DNA from: Auanema rhodensis | Taxonomy: Eukaryota; Animalia; Nematoda | Direction: 5' to 3' | DNA: 64,000 bases | NCBI GenBank assembly: GCA_964057225.1 | Contig: OZ059898.1 | Coordinates: 19,840,001-19,904,000 of the forward strand | Notes under the pieces: model-generated | What the model was told of the DNA's origin: nothing | Databases searched by the model: none | Seen by the model: the letters and a program-made list of their open reading frames with translations, nothing else | Shown: positions 27,901 to 42,600 of the stretch, piece by piece | Position numbering within the stretch: position 1 is the first letter of the stretch | Layout of the letters: each line of letters starts with the position of its first letter | Program-made: the position numbers and the translations under genes

Positions 27901-30900
27901 ATGCATTATTTTTCAAACGATCATAACTAATTTTTGTATTAAGCGTTTCTCAATGTAGTATAGTGCATTCGATGCGGATTTTTAAGCTGCGTCGATCTGT
28001 GTTATCAGATTTGCGCTAGCTTAAAAATGCACCGAGATATCAACTGATATAAGTTCACACTTATATCCTCGATTTTCACCCTGAAGAATTAATTTTTTCG
28101 TTGAATAACATTGTCCATCGTCTTTGCCTTGAAAAAAGGAATCTAAAAACATTTACTTTTTGCTAAATTATTTTGAAATTTTTTGAAAAAATTTTTGTCA
28201 AAATGTTTTTGGAAGCAAGGTTGAGTGTACATGGAAACTCAACATACACTAATGCATTATTTTTCAAACGATCATAACTAATTTTTGTATTAAGCGTTTT
28301 TCAATGTAGTATAGTGCACTCGATGCGGATTTTTAAGCTGCGTCGATCTGTGTTATCAGATTTGCGCTAGCTTAAAAATGCACCGAGATATCAACTGATA
28401 TAAGTTCACACTTATATCCTCGATTTTCACCCTGAAGAATTAATTTTTTCGTTGAATAACATTGTCCATCGTCTTTGCCTTGAAAAAAGGAATCTAAAAA
28501 CATTTACTTTTTGCTAAATTATTTTGAAATTTTTTGAAAAAATTTTTGTCAAAATGTTTTTGGAAGCAAGGTTGAGTGTACATGGAAACTCAACATACAC
28601 TAATGCATTATTTTTCAAACGATCATAACTAATTTTTGTATTAAGCGTTTTTCAATGTAGTATAGTGCACTCGATGCGGATTTTTAAGCTGCGTCGATCT
28701 GTGTTATCAGATTTGCGCTAGCTTAAAAATGCACCGAGATATCAACTGATATAAGTTCACACTTATATCCTCGATTTTCACCCTGAAGAATTAATTTTTT
28801 CGTTGAATAACATTGTCCATCGTCTTTGCCTTGAAAAAAGGAATCTAAAAACATTTACTTTTTGCTAAATTATTTTGAAATTTTTTGAAAAAATTTTTGT
28901 CAAAATGTTTTTGGAAGCAAGGTTGAGTGTACATGGAAACTCAACATACACTAATGCATTATTTTTCAAACGATCATAACTAATTTTTGTATTAAGCGTT
29001 TTTCAATGTAGTATAGTGCACTCGATGCGGATTTTTAAGCTGCGTCGATCTGTGTTATCAGATTTGCGCTAGCTTAAAAATGCACCGAGATATCAACTGA
29101 TATAAGTTCACACTTATATCCTCGATTTTCACCCTGAAGAATTAATTTTTTCGTTGAATAACATTGTCCATCGTCTTTGCCTTGAAAAAAGGAATCTAAA
29201 AACATTTACTTTTTGCTAAATTATTTTGAAATTTTTTGAAAAAATTTTTGTCAAAATGTTTTTGGAAGCAAGGTTGAGTGTACATGGAAACTCAACATAC
29301 ACTAATGCATTATTTTTCAAACGATCATAACTAATTTTTGTATTAAGCGTTTTTCAATGTAGTATAGTGCACTCGATGCGGATTTTTAAGCTGCGTCGAT
29401 CTGTGTTATCAGATTTGCGCTAGCTTAAAAATGCACCGAGATATCAACTGATATAAGTTCACACTTATATCCTCGATTTTCACCCTGAAGAATTAATTTT
29501 TTCGTTGAATAACATTGTCCATCGTCTTCGCCTTGAAAAAAGGAATCTAAAAACATCTACTTTTTGCTAAATTATTTTGAAATTTTTCGAAAAAATTTTT
29601 GTCAAAATGTTTTTGGAAGCAAGGTTGAGTGTACATGGAAACTCAACATAAACTAATGCATCATTTTTCAAACGATCATAACTAATTTTTGTATTAAGCG
29701 TTTTTCAATGTAATATAGTGCATTCGATGCGGATTTTTAAGCTGCGTCGATCTGTGTTATCGGATTTTCGCTAGCTTAAAAATGCACCGAGATATCAACT
29801 GATATAAGTTCACACTTATATCCTCGATTTTCACCCTGAAAAATTAATTTTTTCGTTGAATAACATTGTCCATCGTCTTTGCCTTGAAAAAAGGAATCTA
29901 AAAACATCTACTTTTTGCTAAATTATTTTGAAATTTTTCGAAAAAATTTTTGTCAAAATGTTTTTGGAAGCAAGGTTGAGTGTACATGGAAACTCAACAT
30001 ACACTAATGCATTATTTTTCAAACGATCATAACTAATTTTTGTATTAAGCGTTTCTCAATGTAGTATAGTGCATTCGATGCGGATTTTCAAGCTGCGTCG
30101 ATCTGTGTTATCAGATTTGCGCTAGCTTAAAAATGCACCGAGATATCAACTGATATAAGTTCACACTTATATCCTCAATTTTCACCCTGAAGAATTAATT
30201 TTTTCGTTGAATAACATTGTCCATCGTCTTTGCTTTGAAAAAAGGAATCTAAAAACATCTACTTTTCGCTAAATTATTTTGAAATTTTTCGAAAAAATTT
30301 TTGTCAAAATGTTTTTGGAAGCAATATTGAGTGTACATGGAAACTCAACATACACTAATGCATTATTTTTCAAACGATCATAACTAATTTTTGTATTAAG
30401 CGTTTCTCAATGTAGTAAAGTGCATTCGATGCGGATTTGTAAGCTGCGTCGATCTGTGTTATCAGATTTGCGCTAGCTTAAAAATGCACCGAGATATCAA
30501 CTGATATAAGTTCACACTTATATCCTTGATTTTCACCCTGAAGAATTAATTTTTTCGTTGAATAACATTGTCCATCGTCTTTGCCTTGAAAAAAGGAATC
30601 TAAAAACATTTACTTTTTGCTAAATTATTTTGAAATTTTTCGGGAAAATTTTTGTCAAAATGTTTTTGGAAGCAATGTTGAGTGTACATGGAAACTCAAA
30701 ATACACTAATGCATCATTTTTCAAACGATCATAACTAATTTTTGTATCAAGCGTTTCTCAATGTAGTATAGTGCATTCGATGCGGATTTTTAAGCTGCGT
30801 CGATCTGTGTTATCAGATTTGCGCTAGCTTAAAAATGCACCGAGATATCAACTGATATAAGTTCACACTTATATCCTCGCTTTTCACCCTGAAGAATTAA

Positions 30901-33900
30901 TTTTTTCGTTGAATAACATTGTCCATCGTTTTTGCCATGAAAAAAGGAATCTAAAAACAGCTACTTTTTGCTAAATTATTTTGAAATTTTTCGAAAAAAT
31001 TTTTGTCAAAATGTTTTTGGAAGCAATGTTGAGTGTACATGGAAACTCAACATACACTAATGCATCATTTTTCAAACGATCATAACTAATTTTTGTATCA
31101 AGCGTTTCTCAATGTAGTATAGTGCATTCGATGCGGATTTTTAAGCTTATCAGATTTGCGCTAGCTTAAAAATGCACCGAGATATCAACTGATATAAGTT
31201 CACACTTATATCCTCGATTTTCACCCTGAAGAATTAATTTTTTCGTTGAATAACATTGTCCATCGTCTTTGCCTTGAAAAAAGAATTTAAAAACATCTAC
31301 TTTTCGTGCAATTATTCTAAAATTTTTCGGGAAAATTTTTGTCAAAATGTTTTTGAAGCAATGTTGAGTGTACATGGAAACTCAACATACACTAATGCAT
31401 CCTTTTTCAAACGATCATAACTAATTTCTGTAGTGGGCATTTTTCAATGTAGTATAGTGCTTTCGATGCGGATTTTTAAGCTGCGTCGATCTGTGTTATC
31501 AGATTTGCGCTAGCTTAAAAATGCACCGAGATATCAACTGATATAAGTTCACACTTATATCCTCGATTTTCACCCTGAAGAATTAATTTTTTCGTTGAAT
31601 AACATAGTTCATCGTCTTTGCCTTAAAAAAAGAATTTAAAAACATCTACTTTTTGTGCAATTATTTTAAAATTTTTCGGGAAAATTTTTGTCAAAATGTT
31701 TTTGGAAGCAATGTTGAGTGTACATGGAAACTCAACATACACTAATTCATCATTTTTCAAACGATCATAACTAATTTTTGTATTAAGCGTTTCTCAATGT
31801 AGTATAGTGCATTCGATGCGGATTTTTAAGCTGCGTCGATCTGTGTTATCAGATTTGCGCTAGCTTAAAAATGCACCGAGATATCAACTGATATAAGTTC
31901 ACACTTATATCCTCGCTTTTCACCCTGAAGAATTAATTTTTTCGTTGAATAACATTGTCCATCGTTTTTGCCTTGAAAAAAGGAATCTAAAAACAGCTAC
32001 TTTTTGCTAAATTATTTTGAAATTTTTCGAAAAAATTTTTGTCAAAATGTTTTTGGAAGCAATGTTGAGTGTACATGGAAACTCAACATACACTAATGCA
32101 TTATTTTTCAAACGATCATAACTAATTTTTGTATTAAGCGTTTTTCAATGTAGTATAGTGCACTCGATGCGGATTTTTAAGCTGCGTCGATCTGTGTTAT
32201 CAGATTTGCGCTAGCTTAAAAATGCACCGAGATATCAACTGAAATAAGTTCACACTTATATCCTCGATTTTCACTCTGAAGAATTAATTTTTTCGTTGAA
32301 TAACATTGTCCATCGTCTTTGCCTTGAAAAAAGGAATCTAAAAACATCTACTTTTTGCTAAATTATTTTGAAATTTTTCGAAAAAATTTTTGTCAAAATG
32401 TTTTTGGAAGCAAGGTTGAGTGTACATGGAAACTCAACATACACTAATGCATTATTTTTCAAACGATCATAACTAATTTTTGTATTAAGCGTTTCTCAAT
32501 GTAGTATAGTGCATTCGATGCGGATTTTCAAGCTGCGTCGATCTGTGTTATCAGATTTGCGCTAGCTTAAAAATGCACCGAGATATCAACTGATATAAGT
32601 TCACACTTATATCCTCGATTTTCACCCTGAAGAATTAATTTTTTCGTTGAATAACATTGTCCATCGTCTTTGCCTTGAAAAAAGGAATCTAAAAACATCT
32701 ACTTTTTGCTAAATTATTTTGAAATTTTTCGAAAAAATTTTTGTCAAAATGTTTTTGGAAGCAATATTGAGTGTACATGGAAACTCAACATACACTAATG
32801 CATTATTTTTCAAACGATCATAACTAATTTTTGTATTAAGCGTTTCTCAATGTAGTATAGTGCACTCGATGCGGATTTTTAAGCTGCGTCGATCTGTGTT
32901 ATCAGATTTGCGCTAGCTTAAAAATGCACCGAGATATCAACTGATATAAGTTCACACTTATATCCTCGATTTTCACCCTGAAGAATTAATTTTTTCGTTG
33001 AATAACATTGTCCATCGTCTTTGCCTTGAAAAAAGGAATCTAAAAACATCTACTTTTTGCTAAATTATTCTGAAATTTTTCGAAAAAATTTTTGTCAAAA
33101 TGTTTTTGGAAGCAAGGTTGAGTGTACATGGAAACTCAACATACACTAATGCATCATTTTTCGAACAATCATAACTAATTTTTGTATTAAGCGTTTCTCA
33201 ATGTAATATAGTGCATTCGATGCGGATTTTTAAGCTGCGTCGATCTGTGTTATCGGATTTTCGCTAGCTTAAAAATGCACCGAGATATCAACTGATATAA
33301 GTTCACACTTATATCCTCGATTTTCACCCTGAAGAATTAATTTTTTCGTTGAATAACATTGTCCATCGTCTTTGCCTTGAAAAAAGGAATCTAAAAACAT
33401 CTACTTTTTGCTAAATTATTTTGAAATTTTTCGAAAAAATTTTTGTCAAAATGTTTTTGGAAGCAATGTTGAGTGTACATGGAAACTCAACATACACTAA
33501 TGCATCATTTTTCAAACAATCATAACTAATTTTTGTATTAAGCGTTTCTCAATGTAATATAGTGCATTCGATGCGGATTTTTAAGCTGCGTCGATCTGTG
33601 TTATCTGATTTTCGCTAGCTTAAAAATGCACCGAGATATCAACTGATATAAGTTCACACTTATATCCTCGATTTTCACCCTGAAGAATTAATTTTTTCGT
33701 TGAATAACATTGTCCATCGTCTTTGCCTTGTAAAAAGGAATCTAAAAACATCTACTTTTTGCTAAATTATTCTGAAATTTTTCGAAAAAATTTTTGTCAA
33801 AATGTTTTTGGAAGCAAGGTTGAGTGTACTTGGAAACTCAACATACACTAATGCATTATTTTTCAAACGATCATAACTAATTTTTGTATTAAGCGTTTCT

Positions 33901-36900
33901 CAATGTAGTATAGTGCATTCGATGCGGATTTTTAAGCTGCGTCGATCTGTGTTATCAGATTTGCGCTAGCTTAAAAATGCACCGAGATATCAACTGATAT
34001 AAGTTCACACTTATATCCTCGATTTTCACCCTGAAGAATTAATTTTTTCGTTGAATAACATTGTCCATCGTCTTTGCCTTGTAAAAAGGAATCTAAAAAC
34101 ATCTACTTTTTGCTAAATTATTCTGAAATTTTTCGAAAAAATTTTTGTCAAAATGTTTTTGGAAGCAAGGTTGAGTGTACTTGGAAACTCAACATACACT
34201 AATGCATTATTTTTCAAACGATCATAACTAATTTTTGTATTAAGCGTTTCTCAATGTAGTATAGTGCATTCGATGCGGATTTTTAAGCTGCGTCGATCTG
34301 TGTTATCAGATTTGCGCTAGCTTAAAAATGCACCGAGATATCAACTGATATAAGCTCACACTTATATCCTCGATTTTCACCCTGAAGAATTAATTTTTTC
34401 GTTGAATAACATTGTCCATCGTCTTTGCCTTGTAAAAAGGAATCTAAAAACATTTACTTTTTGCTAAATTATTCTGAAATTTTTCGAAAAAATTTTTGTC
34501 AAAATGTTTTTGGAAGCAAGGTTGAGTGTACTTGGAAACTCAACATACACTAATGCATTATTTTTCAAACGATCATAACTAATTTTTGTATTAAGCGTTT
34601 CTCAATGTAGTATAGTGCATTCGATGCGGATTTTTAAGCTGCGTCGATCTGTGTTATCAGATTTGCGCTAGCTTAAAAATGCACCGAGATATCAACTGAT
34701 ATAAGTTCACACTTATATCCTCGATTTTCACCCTGAAGAATTAATTTTTTCGTTGAATAACATTGTCCATCGTCTTTGCCTTGAAAAAAGGAATCTAAAA
34801 ACATCTACTTTTTGCTAAATTATTTTGAAATTTTTCGAAAAAATTTTTGTCAAAATGTTTTTGGAAGCAAGGTTGAGTGTACATGGAAACTCAACATACA
34901 CTAATGCATTATTTTTCAAACGATCATAACTAATTTTTGTATTAAGCGTTTCTCAATGTAGTATAGTGCATTCGATGCGGATTTTTAAGCTGCGTCGATC
35001 TGTGTTATCAGATTTGCGCTAGCTTAAAAATGCACCGAGATATCAACTGATATAAGTTCACACTTATATCCTCGATTTTCACCCTGAAGAATTAATTTTT
35101 TCGTTGAATAACATTGTCCATCGTCTTTGCCTTGAAAAAAGGAATCTAAAAACATTTACTTTTTGCTAAATTATTTTGAAATTTTTTGAAAAAATTTTTG
35201 TCAAAATGTTTTTGGAAGCAAGGTTGAGTGTACATGGAAACTCAACATACACTAATGCATTATTTTTCAAACGATCATAACTAATTTTTGTATTAAGCGT
35301 TTTTCAATGTAGTATAGTGCACTCGATGCGGATTTTTAAGCTGCGTCGATCTGTGTTATCAGATTTGCGCTAGCTTAAAAATGCACCGAGATATCAACTG
35401 ATATAAGTTCACACTTATATCCTCGATTTTCACCCTGAAGAATTAATTTTTTCGTTGAATAACATTGTCCATCGTCTTTGCCTTGAAAAAAGGAATCTAA
35501 AAACATCTACTTTTTGCTAAATTATTTTGAAATTTTTCGAAAAAATTTTTGTCAAAATGTTTTTGGAAGCAAGGTTGAGTGTACATGGAAACTCAACATA
35601 AACTAATGCATCATTTTTCAAACGATCATAACTAATTTTTGTATTAAGCGTTTTTCAATGTAATATAGTGCATTCGATGCGGATTTTTAAGCTGCGTCGA
35701 TCTGTGTTATCGGATTTTCGCTAGCTTAAAAATGCACCGAGATATCAACTGATATAAGTTCACACTTATATCCTCGATTTTCACCCTGAAAAATTAATTT
35801 TTTCGTTGAATAACATTGTCCATCGTCTTTGCCTTGAAAAAAGGAATCTAAAAACATCTACTTTTTGCTAAATTATTTTGAAATTTTTCGAAAAAATTTT
35901 TGTCAAAATGTTTTTGGAAGCAAGGTTGAGTGTACATGGAAACTCAACATACACTAATGCATTATTTTTCAAACGATCATAACTAATTTTTGTATTAAGC
36001 GTTTCTCAATGTAGTATAGTGCATTCGATGCGGATTTTCAAGCTGCGTCGATCTGTGTTATCAGATTTGCGCTAGCTTAAAAATGCACCGAGATATCAAC
36101 TGATATAAGTTCACACTTATATCCTCGATTTTCACCCTGAAGAATTAATTTTTTCGTTGAATAACATTGTCCATCGTCTTTGCTTTGAAAAAAGGAATCT
36201 AAAAACATCTACTTTTTGCTAAATTATTTTGAAATTTTTCGAAAAAATTTTTGTCAAAATGTTTTTGGAAGCAATATTGAGTGTACATGGAAACTCAACA
36301 TACACTAATGCATTATTTTTCAAACGATCATAACTAATTTTTGTATTAAGCGTTTCTCAATGTAGTAAAGTGCATTCGATGCGGATTTGTAAGCTGCGTC
36401 GATCTGTGTTATCAGATTTGCGCTAGCTTAAAAATGCACCGAGATATCAACTGATATAAGTTCACACTTATATCCTTGATTTTCACCCTGAAGAATTAAT
36501 TTTTTCGTTGAATAACATTGTCCATCGTCTTTGCCTTGAAAAAAGGAATCTAAAAACATTTACTTTTTGCTAAATTATTTTGAAATTTTTCGAAAAAATT
36601 TTTGTCAAAATGTTTTTGGAAGCAATGTTGAGTGTACATGGAAACTCAACATACACTAATGCATCATTTTTCAAACGATCATAACTAATTTTTGTATCGA
36701 AGATTTCTCACTGTAATATAGTGCTTTTGATGCGGATTTTTAAGCTGCGTCGATCTGTGTTATCAGATTTGCCCTTGCTTAAAAATGCACCGAGAAATCA
36801 ACTGATATAAGTTCACACTTATATCCTCGATTTTCACCCTGAAGAATTAATTTTTTCGTTGAATAACATTGTCCATCGTCTTTGCCTTAAAAAAAGAATT

Positions 36901-39623
36901 CAAAAACATCTACTTTTTGTGCAATTATTCTAAAATTTTTCGGGAAAATTTTTGTCAAAATGTTTTTGGAAGCAATGTTGAGTGTACATGGAAACTCAAA
37001 ATACACTAATGCATCATTTTTCAAACGATCATAACTAATTTTTGTATCAAGCGTTTCTCAATGTAGTATAGTGCATTCGATGCGGATTTTTAAGCTGCGT
37101 CGATCTGTGTTATCAGATTTGCGCTAGCTTAAAAATGCACCGAGATATCAACTGATATAAGTTCACACTTATATCCTCGCTTTTCACCCTGAAGAATTAA
37201 TTTTTTCGTTGAATAACATTGTCCATCGTTTTTGCCATGAAAAAAGGAATCTAAAAACAGCTACTTTTTGCTAAATTATTTTGAAATTTTTCGAAAAAAT
37301 TTTTGTCAAAATGTTTTTGGAAGCAATGTTGAGTGTACATGGAAACTCAACATACACTAATGCATCATTTTTCAAACGATCATAACTAATTTTTGTATCA
37401 AGCGTTTCTCAATGTAGTATAGTGCATTCGATGCGGATTTTTAAGCTTATCAGATTTGCGCTAGCTTAAAAATGCACCGAGATATCAACTGATATAAGTT
37501 CACACTTATATCCTCGATTTTCACCCTGAAGAATTAATTTTTTCGTTGAATAACATTGTCCATCGTCTTTGCCTTGAAAAAAGAATTTAAAAACATCTAC
37601 TTTTCGTGCAATTATTCTAAAATTTTTCGGGAAAATTTTTGTCAAAATGTTTTTGAAGCAATGTTGAGTGTACATGGAAACTCAACATACACTAATGCAT
37701 CCTTTTTCAAACGATCATAACTAATTTCTGTAGTGGGCATTTTTCAATGTAGTATAGTGCTTTCGATGCGGATTTTTAAGCTGCGTCGATCTGTGTTATC
37801 AGATTTGCGCTAGCTTAAAAATGCACCGAGATATCAACTGATATAAGTTCACACTTATATCCTCGATTTTCACCCTGAAGAATTAATTTTTTCGTTGAAT
37901 AACATAGTTCATCGTCTTTGCCTTAAAAAAAGAATTTAAAAACATCTACTTTTTGTGCAATTATTTTAAAATTTTTCGGGAAAATTTTTGTCAAAATGTT
38001 TTTGGAAGCAATGTTGAGTGTACATGGAAACTCAACATACACTAATTCATCATTTTTCAAACGATCATAACTAATTTTTGTATTAAGCGTTTCTCAATGT
38101 AGTATAGTGCATTCGATGCGGATTTTTAAGCTGCGTCGATCTGTGTTATCAGATTTGCGCTAGCTTAAAAATGCACCGAGATATCAACTGATATAAGTTC
38201 ACACTTATATCCTCGCTTTTCACCCTGAAGAATTAATTTTTTCGTTGAATAACATTGTCCATCGTTTTTGCCTTGAAAAAAGGAATCTAAAAACAGCTAC
38301 TTTTTGCTAAATTATTTTGAAATTTTTCGAAAAAATTTTTGTCAAAATGTTTTTGGAAGCAATGTTGAGTGTACATGGAAACTCAACATACACTAATGCA
38401 TCATTTTTCAAACGATCATAACTAATTTTTGTATCAAGCGTTTCTCAATGTAGTATAGTGCATTCGATGCGGATTTTTAAGCTTATCAGATTTGCGCTAG
38501 CTTAAAAATGCACCGAGATATCAACTGATATAAGTTCACACTTATATCCTCGAATTTCACCCTGAAGAATTAATTTTTTCGTTGAATAACATTGTCCATC
38601 GTCTTTGCCTTGAAAAAAGAATTTAAAAACATCTACTTTTCGTGCAATTATTCTAAAATTTTTCGGGAAAATTTTTGTCAAAATGTTTTTGAAGCAATGT
38701 TGAGTGTACATGGAAACTCAACATACACTAATGCATCCTTTTTCAAACGATCATAACTAATTTCTGTAGTGGGCATTTTTCAATGTAGTATAGTGCTTTC
38801 GATGCGGATTTTTAAGCTGCGTCGATCTGTGTTATCAGATTTGCGCTAGCTTAAAAATGCACCGAGATATCAACTGATATAAGTTCACACTTATATCCTC
38901 GATTTTCACCCTGAAGAATTAATTTTTTCGTTGAATAACATAGTTCATCGTCTTTGCCTTAAAAAAAGAATTTAAAAACATCTACTTTTTGTGCAATTAT
39001 TTTAAAATTTTTCGGGAAAATTTTTGTCAAAATGTTTTTGGAAGCAATGTTGAGTGTACATGGAAACTCAACATACACTAATTCATCATTTTTCAAACGA
39101 TCATGACTAATTTTTGTATCGAAGATTTCTCACTGTAATATAGTGCTTTTGATGCGGATTTTTAAGCTGCGTCGATCTGTGTTATCAGATTTGCCCTTGC
39201 TTAAAAATGCACCGAGAAATCAACTGATATAAGTTCACACTTATATCCTCGATTTTCACCCTGAAGAATTAATTTTTTCGTTGAATAACATTGTCCATCG
39301 TCTTTGCCTTAAAAAAAGAATTCAAAAACATCTACTTTTTGTGCAATTATTCTAAAATTTTTCGGGAAAATTTTTGTCAAAATGTTTTTGGAAGCAATGT
39401 TGAGTGTACATGGAAACTCAAAATACACTAATGCATCATTTTTCAAACGATCATAACTAATTTTTGTATCAAGCGTTTCTCAATGTAGTATAGTGCATTC
39501 GATGCGGATTTTTAAGCTGCATCGATCTGTGTTATCAGATTTGCGCTAGCTTAAAAATGCACCGAGATATCAAGTGATAAAAGTTCACACTTATATCCTC
39601 GATTTTCACCCTGAAGAATTAAA

Positions 39624-42600
39624 TTATGAGATTTTTCATCATCTTACAACAAATTCATTTAAATCTAACATGAATTGTTTTTTCGTTTTAAAAAGCATTG
39701 AATTTCATTGTTTCTGGTAATATTGGATTTGATTATTGCTTCGCTTGTTTTAAGATTTTGCTTCTGCATGTCCTGTGTTTACTGCTCTAGCTGGTTTTCA
39801 CTTTTTATGAGATTTTTCATCATCTTACAACAAATTCATTTAAATCTAACATGAATCACTTTTTCGTTTTAAAAAGCATTGAATTTCATTGTTTCTTGTA
39901 ATATTGGATTTGATTATTGCTTCCTTTGTTTTAAGATTTTGCTTCTGCATAGCTTCAGTGCTCTAGCTGGTTTTCACTTTTTATGAGATTTTTCATCATC
40001 TTACAACAAATTCATTTAAATCTAACATGAATTATTTTTTCGTTTTAAAAAGCATTGAATTTCATTGTTTCTTGTAATATTGGATTTGATTATTGCTTCG
40101 TTTGTTTTAAGATTTTGCTTCTGCATAGCTTCAGTGCTCTAGCTGGTTTTCCATTTTTATGAGATTTTTCATCATCTTACAAGAAATTCAATTGAATCTA
40201 ACATGAATTATTTTTTCGTTTTAAAAAGCACTGAATTTCATTGTTTCTTGTAATATTGGATTTGATTATTGCTTTGTTAGCTTTAAGATTTTTGCTACTA
40301 CATGTGCTGTGTTTACTGCTCTAGCTGGTTTTCACTTTTTATGAGATTTTTCATCATCTTACAACAAATTCATTTAAATCTAACATGAATTATTTTTTCG
40401 TTTTAAAAAGCATTGAATTTCATTGTTTCTTGTAATATTGGATTTGATTATTGCTTCGTTTGTTTTAAGATTTTGCTCCTGCATAGCTTCAGTGCTCTAG
40501 CTGGTTTTCACTTTTTATGAGATTTTTCATCATCTTACAACAAATTCATTTAAATCTAACATGAATTATTTTTTCGTTTTAAAAAGCATTGAATTTCATT
40601 GTTTCTTGAAATATTGGATTTGATTATTGCTTCGTTAGCTTTAAAATTTTTGCTACTACATGTCCTGTGCTTACTGCTCTAGCTGGTTTTCACTTTTTAT
40701 GAGATTTTTCATCATCTTACAACAAATTCATTTAAATCTAACATGAATTATTTTTTCGTTTTAAAAAGCATTGAATTTCATTGTTTCTTGTAATATTGGA
40801 TTTGATTTTTGCTTCGTTTGTTTTAAGATTTTGCTTTTGCATAGCTTCAGTGCTCTAGCTGGTTTTCCATTTTTATGAGATTTTTCATCATCTTACAAGA
40901 AATTCAATTGAATCTAACATGAATTATTTTTTTGTTTTAAAAAGCACTGAATTTCATTGTTTCTTGTAATATTGGATTTGATTATTGCTTTGTTAGCTTC
41001 AAGATTTTTGCTACTACATGTGCTGTGTTTACTGCTCTAGCTGGTTTTCACTTTTTATGAGATTTTTCATCATCTTACAACAAATTCATTTAAATCTAAC
41101 ATGAATTATTTTTTTGTTTGAAAAAGCATTGAATTTCATTGTTTCTTGTAATATTGGATTTGATTATTGCTTCGTTTGTTTTAAGATTTTGCTTCTGCAT
41201 GTCCTGTGTTTACTGCTCTAGCTGGTTTTCACTTTTTATGAGATTTTTCATCATCTTACAAGAAATTCAATTGAATCTAACATGAATTATTTTTTCGTTT
41301 CAAAAAGCATTGAATTTCATTGTTTCTTATAATATTGGATTTGATTATTGCTTCGTTTGTTTTAAGATTTTGCTTCTGCATGTCCTGTGTTTACTGCTCT
41401 AGCTGGTTTTCACTTTTTATGAGATTTTTCATCATCTTACAACAAATTCATTTAAATCTAACATGAATTATTTTTTCGTTTTAAAAAACATTGAATTTCA
41501 TTGTTTCTTGTAATATTGGATTTGATTATTGCTTCGTTTGTTTTAAGATTTTGCTTCTGCATGTCCTGTGTTTACTGCTCTAGCTGGTTTTCACTTTTTA
41601 TGAGATTTTTCATCATCTTACAACAAATTCATTTAAATCTAACATGAATTATTTTTTCGTTTTAAAAAGCATTGAATTTCATTGTTTCTTGTAATATTGG
41701 ATTTGATTATTGCTTAGTTTGTTTTAAGATTTTGCTTCTGCATAGCTTCAGTGCTCTAGCTGGTTTTCACTTTTTATGAGATTTTTCATCATCTTACAAC
41801 AAATTCATTTAAATCTAACATGAATTATTTTTTCGTTTGAAAAAGCATTGAATTTCATTGTTTCTTGTAATATTGGATTTGATTATTGCTTCGTTTGTTT
41901 TAAGATTTTGCTTCTGCATAGCTTCAGTGCTCTAGCTGGTTTTCCATTTTTATGAGATTTTTCATCATCTTACAAGAAATTCAATTGAATCTAACATGAA
42001 TTATTTTTTCGTTTTAAAAAGCACTGAATTTCATTGTTTCTTGTAATATTGGATTTGATTATTGCTTTGTTAGCTTTAAGATTTTTGCTACTACATGTGC
42101 TGTGTTTACTGCTCTAGCTGGTTTTCACTTTTTATGAGATTTTTCATCATCTTACAACAAATTCATTTAAATCTAACATGAATTACTTTTTCGTTTGAAA
42201 AAGCATTGAATTTCATTGTTTCTTGTAATATTGGATTTGATTATTGCTTCGTTTGTTTTAAGATTTTGCTTCTGCATGTCCTGTGTTTACTGCTCTAGCT
42301 GGTTTTCACTTTTTATGAGATTTTTCATCATCTTACAACAAATTCATTTAAATCTAACATGAATTATTTTTTCGTTTTAAAAAGCATTGAATTTCATTGT
42401 TTCTTGTAATATTGGATTTCATTATTGCTTTGTTAGCTTTAAACTTTTTGCTACTACATGTCCTGTGTTTACTGCTCTAGCTGGTTTTCACTTTTTATGA
42501 GATTTTTCATCATCTTACAACAAATTCATTTAAATCTAACATGAATTATTTTTTCGTTTTAAAAAGCATTGAATTTCATTGTTTCTTGTAATATTGGATT

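Larger units (their letters stand above)
1..39622 (+). repeat. 351-bp tandem satellite array, forward orientation (113 full monomers + 64-bp partial; open at left window edge)
   Basis: Marker GCACCGAGATATCAACTG recurs at 1, 352, 703 ... 7021, 14041, 20008 with exact 351-bp phase. After that, 337/349/350-bp variants appear (starts e.g. 20358, 20695, 34681, 39559). Head-to-tail near-identical copies; the match ends at ...CTGAAGAATTAA (39622). Confidence 0.99.
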
